A stretch of 41,737 nt of DNA, from positions 1-41,737 of the forward strand of contig CAZFAL010000003.1 in the NCBI GenBank assembly GCA_964516945.1, in the 5' to 3' direction. The DNA is from an uncultured Ignavibacteriales bacterium (GTDB taxonomy: Bacteria > Zixibacteria > MSB-5A5 > GN15 > JACZUZ01). Both the position numbers and the translations under genes were made by a program. Numbering within the stretch: the stretch's first letter is position 1; each line of letters begins with the position of its first letter. Positions 9,101 through 17,499 of this stretch are shown one piece after another. The notes beneath the pieces were generated by a model. That model worked only from the letters and a program-made list of their open reading frames with translations, was not told the DNA's origin and searched no databases.

Positions 9101-9781
9101 TTAATTGCCAGTGTCAACGTTTATCTCTCGAACATCACCAAGCGCCACTTCAGCGCCGTCAATCTTCAAATACGCGACTCCGCCACGATACACAACGCCC
9201 TGTACGACTCCTGTGATGGATAATGACGGATTCAAGTCAACTCCATTAGCGCTGGTGGCGCTAACTTCCACGCTATATGAACCGGGTGGCAGTCTGTCAC
9301 CTGCGTCGTTTTTGCCATCCCAGACAAAACTGTTGCGACCGGAGGCGACATTTTCCAGTTTCACCGAACGCACGGTGTCACCATTGGCGTCCAACACATC
9401 AATTTGCACATCGCTGGCCGCTTCACTCAACTCGTAGGCTATTTTCGGTGTGTTTTCATCACCCAACGCCAAATCTGAAAGATTCGCTACTACTTCCTTC
9501 CCGATGATTTGTGCGGCGACTGAATTATTTACTGTTTGATTGTTCAGCACATCCCAATTGATTGACTGTGACAAATTGTCGTTCATATTCTTCAATTGCT
9601 CAAGAGAACTGAACTGCGCCAATTGAGCGATAAACGCCTGATCATCCATCGGTTTCAACGGATCCTGATTCTGCAATTTCGACACAAACAATTTCAAGAA
9701 GTCATCCTTGCCAATTGATTTCTGCGAACCGGTCGGAGCCGGTCTGCCGTCTGCTGTTGTTGCTGCCGGTGATATAATCAT
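9101..9781 (-). CDS. flgD: Flagellar hook capping protein FlgD
   Basis: [17 protein letters not shown]...[10 protein letters not shown] and FlgD-Ig WDGKN motif. Confidence 0.96.
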   Translation of the reverse strand: MIISPAATTADGRPAPTGSQKSIGKDDFLKLFVSKLQNQDPLKPMDDQAFIAQLAQFSSLEQLKNMNDNLSQSINWDVLNNQTVNNSVAAQIIGKEVVANLSDLALGDENTPKIAYELSEAASDVQIDVLDANGDTVRSVKLENVASGRNSFVWDGKNDAGDRLPPGSYSVEVSATSANGVDLNPSLSITGVVQGVVYRGGVAYLKIDGAEVALGDVREINVDTGN

Positions 9782-9838
9782 TGTCTCATCTCTTCCACTT
9801 CAGTGTTTAATAGTCTCTTGTGTATTCGGCGACATTAC

Positions 9839-11536
9839 TTATGCCAGCATATTGACTTCTATTGCGCTAAGAACGCCCCTGTCGCCGCCCGCGTCGTCAC
9901 TACGCGACAGATTGAGCGCCGAATCGCCCATAGTGTTCAGAGAGTCAATGTCTTCAATCGTTCGCAATGCAAGTGAGCTTTGCAGCAATCCTGCGTATCT
10001 GTCGTTCATTTCCTGTTGCGCCTGGCCGGAACCACCCTGCTGGACATCAACATTCAACGCATCAAGCGTAAACCCTTCAGCGCTTAGACGCTGCGTCAAA
10101 CTGTCGAGTGAATTCAGCGCCGCAACCTTCGCCGCCTCATTGGCGACTGTCAATGTGCCGCTGACATGATCTTTGATTAGTTTCACTGTCAACTGCGCCG
10201 GTCCGAGGTGTTTCGGGGCTATTTGCAGTCGCAGTGAATTCATTCCGGACTTCAACTTTGAAGCGAAACTCTCCGGGAGAATCAACTTTCCTGCTCTGAT
10301 GACGCCATTCTCTTTTGCTTCTGAAGACAGTCCCGCTTTGTCAGGTTGCAACTGAAACGCTCCATCAAGGCCTGCGTTTTTTCCGTCAATTGTTGTAGCG
10401 TCTTTGAAAGCGCCGTTCTGCAAAGCAATCATTTCGCTTGAGAGACTGCCCGGCGACAGATTAGCGCCTTGCGTGACACTGACCGGCTTTACCGGAGCCA
10501 AAACACCGTCTTGAAGAAGTGTTCCACTCGGGCCGACCGATGAAACAGTCGGAGAGACTGCCTTTGAAGCGGAATCGCCTGCACGCTTACCTTGTTTTTG
10601 TGACGCTTTGTCGGCGTTGATGACACGCATGATATTCGGCGCGATTGACTTCGCTGAGCTCAACTGCTCCAGTGCTTTGAGAGTATTGCTCTCAGAATTA
10701 CCTGCAGCGCCGGAAGCGTCAGTATCTTTCTTGACCTGCGCATCCGTTATCAGCGTGGCGTCAAGAGCCCGTAACAAGCTTTCGCCGCTCTGCAAACCCT
10801 CAGTTGCAACTGAGAAGCCGGTAGTCTGTGGCGCCAGCGCCTTTCCTGTGTCATTCCCGGTCCGTGGCGCGCCATAGTTATTGCCGCCAACCTGCTTTTC
10901 GGTCGCCGGTGATTCAATCGCATTGGACAAATCTGTCACTGTCGGATAACCGTCTGATTTTTCGGAAATCCCCACCAACTGCGCCGCATCGAGAGAGAAC
11001 TTGCCAGCCGCTGAGGTTGACTGTCCTGCAAATGCCTGCGCCCCCTTGACGCTCAACAAGCCTGATTCAGAAATCGTCGCCACATTCGCCTCTTTGGCGA
11101 GCTGATTCACTTGAGACGATGATTCTGTGCGAACCGTTACCGGCGCCTGAATCTTTTTATCAACATTGACTTGTCTGCCGGAGTTCGGGCGCCTCGGCTC
11201 CAGAGGTCTGGAGACATCTGCCGACTCACGCTTCACAATTGACTGCTTATCTGAAGCATCTCTCGGTGAAGCTTCACTGTGAGACGATAAATTGCGTGAT
11301 GACACTTTATGTGACGCCGATCTATTTCTAACTGACGACTCACGGCTGTCTCGTACTTCACTCCTGGATTGAGACACAGACTTAGGGCTATAACCGGCCA
11401 TTAGCGCGCCGAAATCAACACCGTCAGCGCCGCCGGGACCTATCTCCGGACGCCGTTGTGAACGTGAAACGCGACTGTCAGCGCCGCGAGGCGCAAACAA
11501 GTCGCTGAGTGATGGTTGTGTATTCGCTAAAGCCAT
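9839..11536 (-). CDS. fliK: Flagellar hook-length control protein FliK
   Basis: Low-complexity S/A-rich body with C-terminal T3S4 motif LRLQIAPKHLGPAQLTV; directly upstream of flgD. Confidence 0.85.
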   Translation of the reverse strand: MALANTQPSLSDLFAPRGADSRVSRSQRRPEIGPGGADGVDFGALMAGYSPKSVSQSRSEVRDSRESSVRNRSASHKVSSRNLSSHSEASPRDASDKQSIVKRESADVSRPLEPRRPNSGRQVNVDKKIQAPVTVRTESSSQVNQLAKEANVATISESGLLSVKGAQAFAGQSTSAAGKFSLDAAQLVGISEKSDGYPTVTDLSNAIESPATEKQVGGNNYGAPRTGNDTGKALAPQTTGFSVATEGLQSGESLLRALDATLITDAQVKKDTDASGAAGNSESNTLKALEQLSSAKSIAPNIMRVINADKASQKQGKRAGDSASKAVSPTVSSVGPSGTLLQDGVLAPVKPVSVTQGANLSPGSLSSEMIALQNGAFKDATTIDGKNAGLDGAFQLQPDKAGLSSEAKENGVIRAGKLILPESFASKLKSGMNSLRLQIAPKHLGPAQLTVKLIKDHVSGTLTVANEAAKVAALNSLDSLTQRLSAEGFTLDALNVDVQQGGSGQAQQEMNDRYAGLLQSSLALRTIEDIDSLNTMGDSALNLSRSDDAGGDRGVLSAIEVNMLA

Positions 11537-11563
11537 TATCGTATTTCGTATTTGACGCTCTCG

Positions 11564-12340
11564 CTACTTCGCTGAGAGTGTTATCATCTCTTTGGATATC
11601 CTGGCGCCACGTGATGCAGGTAACATCCCCAGAATCTTTGCCGCCTGAGCGGATTTCATTCTCGGCAGAATTGCCACTATCGTCTTGTCATCCAGTTTGA
11701 CCATCATCTTGGCCACCTGCTCCGGCTTCATGCCGTTATATAACTTCGCCAACCCGCTCAAGCGCGCCGCTTCGGCTTGGTCAACCTTGGTCAACTTCTG
11801 ATTTACCGAACGCTCCAACGCTTCGAGCCGTTTGGCCTTCTCATCAAGCGTCTTGTTTCTCTCTTTGAGCTTCTTTTTTTCAGCCTCAAGCCAGTTTAGC
11901 GCCGCCAGTGAATCATCAGCGCCCAATTGTGAAGCTGCGACGGCATGTCCTTTTTTGGTTTTACCTGCTTTACTATGGCCGGGTTTTTTGCTCTTGCCAG
12001 CTACCAACCTCTCCTCCGGTGATCCACTCAGCTCTCCGAAGTTCGTATCAGCGAGAAAACTCAAGTCGTCCAACTCCGAAAAAATATCCGGTGTTTCCGG
12101 CTCTTCAGCAGATTCGGCTTCATGCTCGGCCACACCTTCGCTGACGTCCCCGTCAGCGTTTTCAGCCATCGGCGCATGACCACCGGAAACCAACCCGAGC
12201 ATGACACCCATCGTTACCACCAGCGCGCCGACACCGACGATGATATACATCATCATGTCACTCTTCGGCTTTGCTACCGGGGCTGTACTTTCAGCCGACG
12301 TCTGTTCTTTCTCGGCCTTGTCTTTTTCTTCGTCTGCCAT
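11564..12340 (-). CDS. MotE/FlbB/YlxF-like flagellar protein (TM, coiled coil, MgtE-N-like C-terminus)
   Basis: LAKLYNGMKPEQVAKMM...ILPRMKSAQAAKILGML motif; upstream of fliK. ATG 12340 (MADEEK) is preferred over the track start at 12391. Confidence 0.8.
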   Translation of the reverse strand: MADEEKDKAEKEQTSAESTAPVAKPKSDMMMYIIVGVGALVVTMGVMLGLVSGGHAPMAENADGDVSEGVAEHEAESAEEPETPDIFSELDDLSFLADTNFGELSGSPEERLVAGKSKKPGHSKAGKTKKGHAVAASQLGADDSLAALNWLEAEKKKLKERNKTLDEKAKRLEALERSVNQKLTKVDQAEAARLSGLAKLYNGMKPEQVAKMMVKLDDKTIVAILPRMKSAQAAKILGMLPASRGARISKEMITLSAK

Positions 12341-12428
12341 AATCTCTGCTATCCGCTTGTTTGCGTCTATTGCAACAATCGCCACGCGCAAAAAAACTCA
12401 CGCGCATACGATTATCCGCAGGACATCT

Positions 12429-12445
12429 TGCAAGACCGGCGCCGG
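12429..12445 (-). promoter_or_regulatory. Candidate sigma54 (-24/-12) promoter of the flagellar operon
   Basis: Minus strand CCGGCGCCGGTCTTGCA has GG-N10-GC spacing with TTGCA, about 90 nt upstream of the first ATG. An IHF-like AATCAACATCATA lies at 12463-12475. Confidence 0.5.
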
Positions 12446-12550
12446 AGAAAGAGAATATGATGTATGATGTTGATTGTTACTGAGTTAGGGCGACAGAGGG
12501 CCAACTACAACAGCGGGAAACTCCAGAGAACTCGAAACTATTTCCGTGTG

Positions 12551-12615
12551 GATGGAATTGTTTTCCAGATGAAATTGTCTTCCAGATGAAATTGTTTTCC
12601 AACGCATCTGGAAGA
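12551..12615. repeat. Three tandem 17-bp repeats plus one inverted partial copy
   Basis: GATGGAATTGTTTTCCA / GATGAAATTGTCTTCCA / GATGAAATTGTTTTCCA (12551-12601), then CATCTGGAAGA (12605-12615) in inverted orientation. Confidence 0.9.
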
Positions 12616-12669
12616 AAACCGGTACAGCTGGGCAAAACCATTTGTCCGAATTTGATGGCCGACTTTCGA

Positions 12670-12801
12670 GCGCTTGTTGAAACACGTCATTGCAAGGAGT
12701 CCGGCGACGGCCGGACGACGTGGCAATCTGCGAGCTATGAAACAGCGGGATTACCGCGCTTCGTTCGCAATGACTGCCCTTTTGAGTTTCTCAACAAACC
12801 T
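12670..12801 (+). mobile_element. MITE-like element, copy A
   Basis: Ends GCGCTTGTTGAAA ... TTTCTCAACAAACCT; flanks TCGA/TCAA; core GTCATTGC(12686)...GCAATGAC(12774) shared with copies B and C. Confidence 0.8.
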
Positions 12802-14144
12802 TCAACAGCGAGGCGCTGAGCGTTTGGAACCGTGACTTCATCGGCGGCGTGAACTACGCCAATCAAATTGCCGTCAACAACAGACTCAGCCATAACAGTA
12901 TGTATACCCCTGTCACCGCCAGCGCCTTCCGGCAGGAGAACCCGCAAATAATTGTCGGTCACACCCCACCATCGTCGGCTTTCATCGTCGTAGTTCTCCG
13001 AAATCGCTGACACCGTTGTTCCAACTGCCCGCACATGCGCCTCTGCGAGTCTGCGTTGTGAAATCCGCCGCAGGCGCTTATGACGCCCCGCGACTACCTT
13101 CGGCTCACACTTGTCCTCAATAGCGCTGGCCTTCGTTCCAGACCTGTCTGAATAGGTGAACACATGCAGGTAATCCATCGCGCCACTGTCAGCGACTTCG
13201 CAGGTGCGCTCAAAGTCTTCATCGCTTTCACCGGGAAATCCGACAATCACATCACCGCCGATAGTGATGCCGTCGATAGCTTTTTTCAATGACGTGACAA
13301 CTTCCAGATAGCGGGCGCTATCATACGGCCGACGCATAGCGCCGAGAATCGCATCCGAACCCGATTGCAGAGGCAAATGCAAGTAACGACACACGCGCTG
13401 TGTATTCTCCGTCATAAAGCTGATGACATCGTCATCCACAACCTGCGGCTCCAATGATGACAAACGCAAACGCGAGACATCGGTCTCAGCCAGAATCATT
13501 TTCAGTAAGTCTGTCAGTGAGCGAATACCGTTGTCCGGATCTTTGAAATGCCCGATATGCACTCCCGTCAGGACAACCTCATGATACCCGGCAGTAACCA
13601 ACTGATTGATATCAGCAATCACATTCTTTGCGTGATTGTTACGCAATGGCCCGCGCACTGTCGGGATAATACAGAAGCTACACCGTTGATTACAGCCATC
13701 AGAAATCTTCAACCATGCCCGACTGCGCTGATAGAATTCAGAAACACCAGACACACAAGCGGGCTTGTTCTTATCCGCGCCTGCGTGCCCGGCAAACAAC
13801 TCCGGCCACTGTTGAGCCATCAACTCTGTCACTCGCCCCTTTTCCCGATTACCGATGACCAAATCCACTCCCGGTAATTCGGCGACTCTTTGCCTGTCTG
13901 ATTCGACATAGCATCCGACCACCGCCAATTTCGCGTCGCCTTTGCGCCGCGCCACATTCGAAATCACCTGCCGACAGGTCGCATCCGCCTTATGCGTCAC
14001 CGTACAGGTGTTTATCACATACAGGTCTGCATCTTCATCAAATCCGGCGCGCTCAAAGCCAAACGGCTCAATTCTCGCGGCAATTTTCTCCGTCTCAAAT
14101 TGATTCAGGCGACAGCCAAGCGTATGTGTGGCGAGTTTTTTCAT
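12735..14144 (-). CDS. mtaB: tRNA t6A37 methylthiotransferase MtaB
   Basis: TLGCRLNQFE, INTCTVT, radical SAM CNQRCSFC, HLPLQSG, TDNY. Start set to ATG 14144; the track's extension to 14258 runs through promoter and repeat DNA. Confidence 0.92.
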   Translation of the reverse strand: MKKLATHTLGCRLNQFETEKIAARIEPFGFERAGFDEDADLYVINTCTVTHKADATCRQVISNVARRKGDAKLAVVGCYVESDRQRVAELPGVDLVIGNREKGRVTELMAQQWPELFAGHAGADKNKPACVSGVSEFYQRSRAWLKISDGCNQRCSFCIIPTVRGPLRNNHAKNVIADINQLVTAGYHEVVLTGVHIGHFKDPDNGIRSLTDLLKMILAETDVSRLRLSSLEPQVVDDDVISFMTENTQRVCRYLHLPLQSGSDAILGAMRRPYDSARYLEVVTSLKKAIDGITIGGDVIVGFPGESDEDFERTCEVADSGAMDYLHVFTYSDRSGTKASAIEDKCEPKVVAGRHKRLRRISQRRLAEAHVRAVGTTVSAISENYDDESRRWWGVTDNYLRVLLPEGAGGDRGIHTVMAESVVDGNLIGVVHAADEVTVPNAQRLAVEGLLRNSKGQSLRTKRGNPAVS

Positions 14145-14153
14145 GCTTTCAAC

Positions 14154-14181
14154 AATATAGTACAGTGCGTGTCTTTGGCAA
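14154..14181 (-). promoter_or_regulatory. Sigma70-type promoter of mtaB
   Basis: TTGCCA-16nt-TATATT, ending 9 nt before the ATG. Confidence 0.55.
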
Positions 14182-14201
14182 ATCGACGACCCTCGAGTTT
14201 G

Positions 14202-14262
14202 TTCTTGTGCAAGAATATTCTTGTATAAACTGTGCTTGTACAAACTGTTCTTGTACAAAAAA
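14202..14262. repeat. Four tandem 15-16 bp repeats with TTGTACAA-like core
   Basis: TTCTTGTGCAAGAATA / TTCTTGTATAAACTG / TGCTTGTACAAACTG / TTCTTGTACAAAAAA. Confidence 0.8.
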
Positions 14263-14292
14263 ACGCCGCCTGCGATTTCTCACAGACGGCAT
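14257..14292 (-). terminator. Intrinsic terminator of rpsA
   Basis: Minus strand ATGCCGTCTGTGA-GAAA-TCGCAGGCGGCGT followed by a T run, about 30 nt after the rpsA stop. Confidence 0.85.
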
Positions 14293-14323
14293 TTCTGTCA
14301 TTACTACATACGAATCCAACTGA

Positions 14324-16468
14324 TTACAATTGCTCGTCCTCAGAAGGCGCCTGCATTTTCGGCTCTTCCGACTCCGAGGCATCAGACGACTCAGCTGTCT
14401 CGGCTGACTCAGTTGAAGAAGCGTCCTCTTCCTGCGCCTCAACAGGCTCCTCTTTCGCAACCGCAACTTCCGGCGCCGAAACAGGCGCCGCCTCAACGGA
14501 GTCAGCGCTCACCGGGGTCTCTTCGGTTTGCAAACCGGCGTCGCCCAGAGCGTCGGCCATCGCGCCACCGGACTTTTCCTCGGCCTGTTTGGCCAGGAAT
14601 GATTCCAGCTCGTTTCTATCACGGTTCTTGTAGTAGGCGTCCACCGACAACGTGATTCTGCGCGCCGACTGATCAAACTCAATCACCGACAACGGAATCT
14701 GCTGGCCTTCGCTATATAATTCTGTCGGTTTAACATCTTTCCGACCAAGCTGACTCGCCGGAACAAACCCCTCGACTTCACCGTCGAGATCAACAATCAA
14801 GCCCCTGTCAAGCGCGCGGGTGATTGTGCCCAGCGCCTCAGAGCCAACCGCATACTTCTGCGCCAGCTCTGGCCACGGGTCTTCCTTCAGTTGCTTAAAT
14901 CCGAGTGAAATCCGACGGTTGTCGTGGTCAACTTTGAGAATTTTGACCGTGATATCCTCACCCTTTTTCATCACCTCTGACGGATGCTGAATGCGACGAG
15001 TCCAGGACATATCCGAGATATGTATCAATCCGTCGATTCCCGCTTCAAGCTCGACAAATGCGCCAAAGGCGGTCAAATTGCGCACTTTACCGGCAAGAAT
15101 CTTGTCCACCGGATACTTGTCGTCGATAGTTTTCCACGGGTCTTCTTCAAGCTGCTTGATACCGAGAGAAATCTTCTCAGACTCTTTGTCAACATTGAGC
15201 ACAACAACTTCAATTGAGTCATTGACGTTCATAATCTTCGACGGATGCTTAATGTGCTGTGTCCAGGACATTTCGCTAATATGAATCAGTCCTTCAATTC
15301 CCTGCTCCAGTTCGACAAATGCGCCATAGTCCGTGATAGAAACTACACGACCGGTTGTTTTCAAACCAATCGGGAATTTGGTTTCAATATCATCCCACGG
15401 GTATGGAGTCAACTGTTTCAAGCCCAACGAAATCCGTGAGGTCTTGTTGTCAAAGTCAAGAATCTTGACATCAATCTCGTCACCGAGTGAACACAATTCT
15501 GACGGATGCTTGACTCTGCCCCAGGACATATCAGTGATATGCAACAGACCGTCAACACCGCCGAGATCAATGAAGACACCGAAGTCGGTGATATTTTTGA
15601 CAATACCCTTGCGAACCTCGTCGGTCTTGATTTCCTCAAGAAGCACTGAGCGCATCGACTCACGTTGCTCCTCAAGCACAACACGACGGGAAATAACGAT
15701 ATTGCGGCGACTCTTGTTGAGCTTAATGATCTTGACTTCTATATCAGTGTTGACCAGCGCGTCAAAATCCGGCACCTGACGTAGCGCCACCTGTGAACCC
15801 GGCAGGAATGCGTCGACACCCATGATGTCCACCACAAAACCGCCCTTGATACGCTTGACAACCTTACCGGTCACCAGCTCACCGGCGTCATGCAACTCGC
15901 GGACATTCTCCCAGACCCGCATGAAGTCCGCCTTCTGCTTCGAGAGCAGAAGCCGACCACCGGAGTCTTCCATCGCCTCGAGATACACTTCGATTTCATC
16001 ACCGACAACGATATTGCCGTTGTCCGTGAACTCCGAAAGCGGAATCACACCTTCAGACTTAAAGCCGACATCAACAATCACATCGTCATGACTGACACCC
16101 ATAATCTTACCGGTGACAATCTCGCCTTCCCTGATGTCCTGAATCGTGCCCACATACATCGCCAGCAGACCTTCATATTCCTCCGGCGTGTACTCCATCG
16201 CATCGAGGTCGGTCAATTTCATTGACGCAACTTCGACGGTCTTCTTGGGGGCGCGGGTCTTCGCTTTCTCGGCCATGCGCTTGGTGCGCGATGTTGAGAC
16301 TTTTTCAACCTGCTTCTTTTCAACAACCTCTTCGACAACTGCGACATTAGTCGCGGCTGTCTTCTTTACTTTGGTTGTTTTGGTCTTGCGCGCGCGTTGC
16401 GCCTTGCGCTTGGATACTTCTGCTTTGGTGGCCGTAGCCGCCGTGGCTGTCGCTTTCGCTGTTGCCAT
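14324..16468 (-). CDS. rpsA: 30S ribosomal protein S1 with extended termini
   Basis: Six S1 repeats (DVGFKSEG, AFLPGSQ, GVDGLLHITDMSW, GLIHISEMSW, GLIHISDMSW, EGFVPASQL); GGAGG RBS before 16468. Confidence 0.97.
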   Translation of the reverse strand: MATAKATATAATATKAEVSKRKAQRARKTKTTKVKKTAATNVAVVEEVVEKKQVEKVSTSRTKRMAEKAKTRAPKKTVEVASMKLTDLDAMEYTPEEYEGLLAMYVGTIQDIREGEIVTGKIMGVSHDDVIVDVGFKSEGVIPLSEFTDNGNIVVGDEIEVYLEAMEDSGGRLLLSKQKADFMRVWENVRELHDAGELVTGKVVKRIKGGFVVDIMGVDAFLPGSQVALRQVPDFDALVNTDIEVKIIKLNKSRRNIVISRRVVLEEQRESMRSVLLEEIKTDEVRKGIVKNITDFGVFIDLGGVDGLLHITDMSWGRVKHPSELCSLGDEIDVKILDFDNKTSRISLGLKQLTPYPWDDIETKFPIGLKTTGRVVSITDYGAFVELEQGIEGLIHISEMSWTQHIKHPSKIMNVNDSIEVVVLNVDKESEKISLGIKQLEEDPWKTIDDKYPVDKILAGKVRNLTAFGAFVELEAGIDGLIHISDMSWTRRIQHPSEVMKKGEDITVKILKVDHDNRRISLGFKQLKEDPWPELAQKYAVGSEALGTITRALDRGLIVDLDGEVEGFVPASQLGRKDVKPTELYSEGQQIPLSVIEFDQSARRITLSVDAYYKNRDRNELESFLAKQAEEKSGGAMADALGDAGLQTEETPVSADSVEAAPVSAPEVAVAKEEPVEAQEEDASSTESAETAESSDASESEEPKMQAPSEDEQL

Positions 16469-16638
16469 TGGTTAGGGTTTCCTCCGGACGTTTCCTCTTC
16501 AACATGCCTTACTTGCAGGCCATGCTCATCAGTAAACGCCGCTTCATGAAATTGGTTAAAGGTTTATTGTTTCTACTTCTCTTTTTTTCTATCCAGACAC
16601 GCTCTTCTGCAACGCCTCCATCGGCGCACAAGGCCATA

Positions 16639-16783
16639 GGACTTGTTGAAAAGTCACGAGTGCAGTCGTTGCGTGCGTTAGCGCGGCAATCCCGTCGATT
16701 CATAGCCGGGAGATTGCCACGTCGTCCGGCTGTCGCCGGACTCCTCCCAATGACAAATATGTTCTGTCTTTTTCAACAAGCGC
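16639..16783 (-). mobile_element. MITE-like element, copy B (core inverted relative to A and C)
   Basis: Ends GGACTTGTTGAAAA ... TTTTCAACAAGCGC; flanks CATA/CATA; core at 16665-16754. Confidence 0.85.
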
Positions 16784-17494
16784 CATAGCGTGAGTATCGA
16801 CCTTTTCGACAGAATCTCCTGCGTCGGCAGTGGTTGACCTGCTGTCGTCTTCAGCTACCCGCGCAGTTCCACTACCCTCTTCGCCACGCGCAAGCGCGCG
16901 TAACGCCGTCAGACGATTCATAACCTCATCGGCTATCTTCAACCACGCTTCCTTTGATGACGGCAATGACCGTATCCAATCGGCGCTGATTGGAGGGCCA
17001 TAACAAACATGAAACCGCCGTTTTCGCAGAATACACTCCCAGACTGTATCGGTCCCTTCCAAATAACACGGCACAATCGGAACTTCCGCCTGACGAGCTA
17101 TCATCCCGATGCCGGGTTTCGGAGCAAGAATTCTGTCGCGGGAACCTCGTGTCCCCTCCGGGAAAACAGTCAGCGGCTTACCGTCCTGCAACACTTCAAC
17201 GGCGGTCCTGATGGCATTCCTGTCGAATGCGCCACGCTTAACCGGTAGTACGTTTACTCTCCTGACAATAAAACCGAGGATTGGTGTCTCAAACAGCTCC
17301 TGTTTGGCGAAAAAGTGCATCCTCCGCGGGACAAACGAGCCAACCAGCGGCGGATCAAAGTAGCTCAAATGATTCGGCGCCAGAATAAACGCGCCTTCTT
17401 TTGGCAGATGTTCCCGCCCAACTACATGCGCTCCCATCAGGACAGACCCGAAAAACCTGCTCACCGCCCAGCCGGCGTCAAAGAACAATTGCAT
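16700..17494 (-). CDS. plsC: 1-acyl-sn-glycerol-3-phosphate acyltransferase
   Basis: NHLSYFD (HxxxxD) and FPEGTR motifs; between cmk and rpsA. Confidence 0.92.
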   Translation of the reverse strand: MQLFFDAGWAVSRFFGSVLMGAHVVGREHLPKEGAFILAPNHLSYFDPPLVGSFVPRRMHFFAKQELFETPILGFIVRRVNVLPVKRGAFDRNAIRTAVEVLQDGKPLTVFPEGTRGSRDRILAPKPGIGMIARQAEVPIVPCYLEGTDTVWECILRKRRFHVCYGPPISADWIRSLPSSKEAWLKIADEVMNRLTALRALARGEEGSGTARVAEDDSRSTTADAGDSVEKVDTHAMALVEKDRTYLSLGGVRRQPDDVAISRL

Positions 17495-17499
17495 AGCGC

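Noticed and set aside
12371-12384. Second sigma54-like box TGGCGATTGTTGCA
   Set aside because: GG-to-GC spacing is 8, not the required 10.
12551-12601. 17-bp, 15-bp and 11-bp repeat arrays as CRISPR arrays or plasmid iterons
   Set aside because: Units are directly abutting with no unique spacers, and there is no cas or rep gene in the window.
14145-14258. N-terminal extension of MtaB (MYKNSLYKHSLYKN...)
   Set aside because: It is a translation of the 15-bp repeat and promoter, begins at a TTG in the terminator tail, and the family N-terminus starts at 14144.
16462-16788. ORFs spanning the MITE copies (also 12538-12819 and 23647-23946) as a small protein family
   Set aside because: Their shared peptides simply reflect the repeated DNA; frames and strands differ between copies and there is no RBS.
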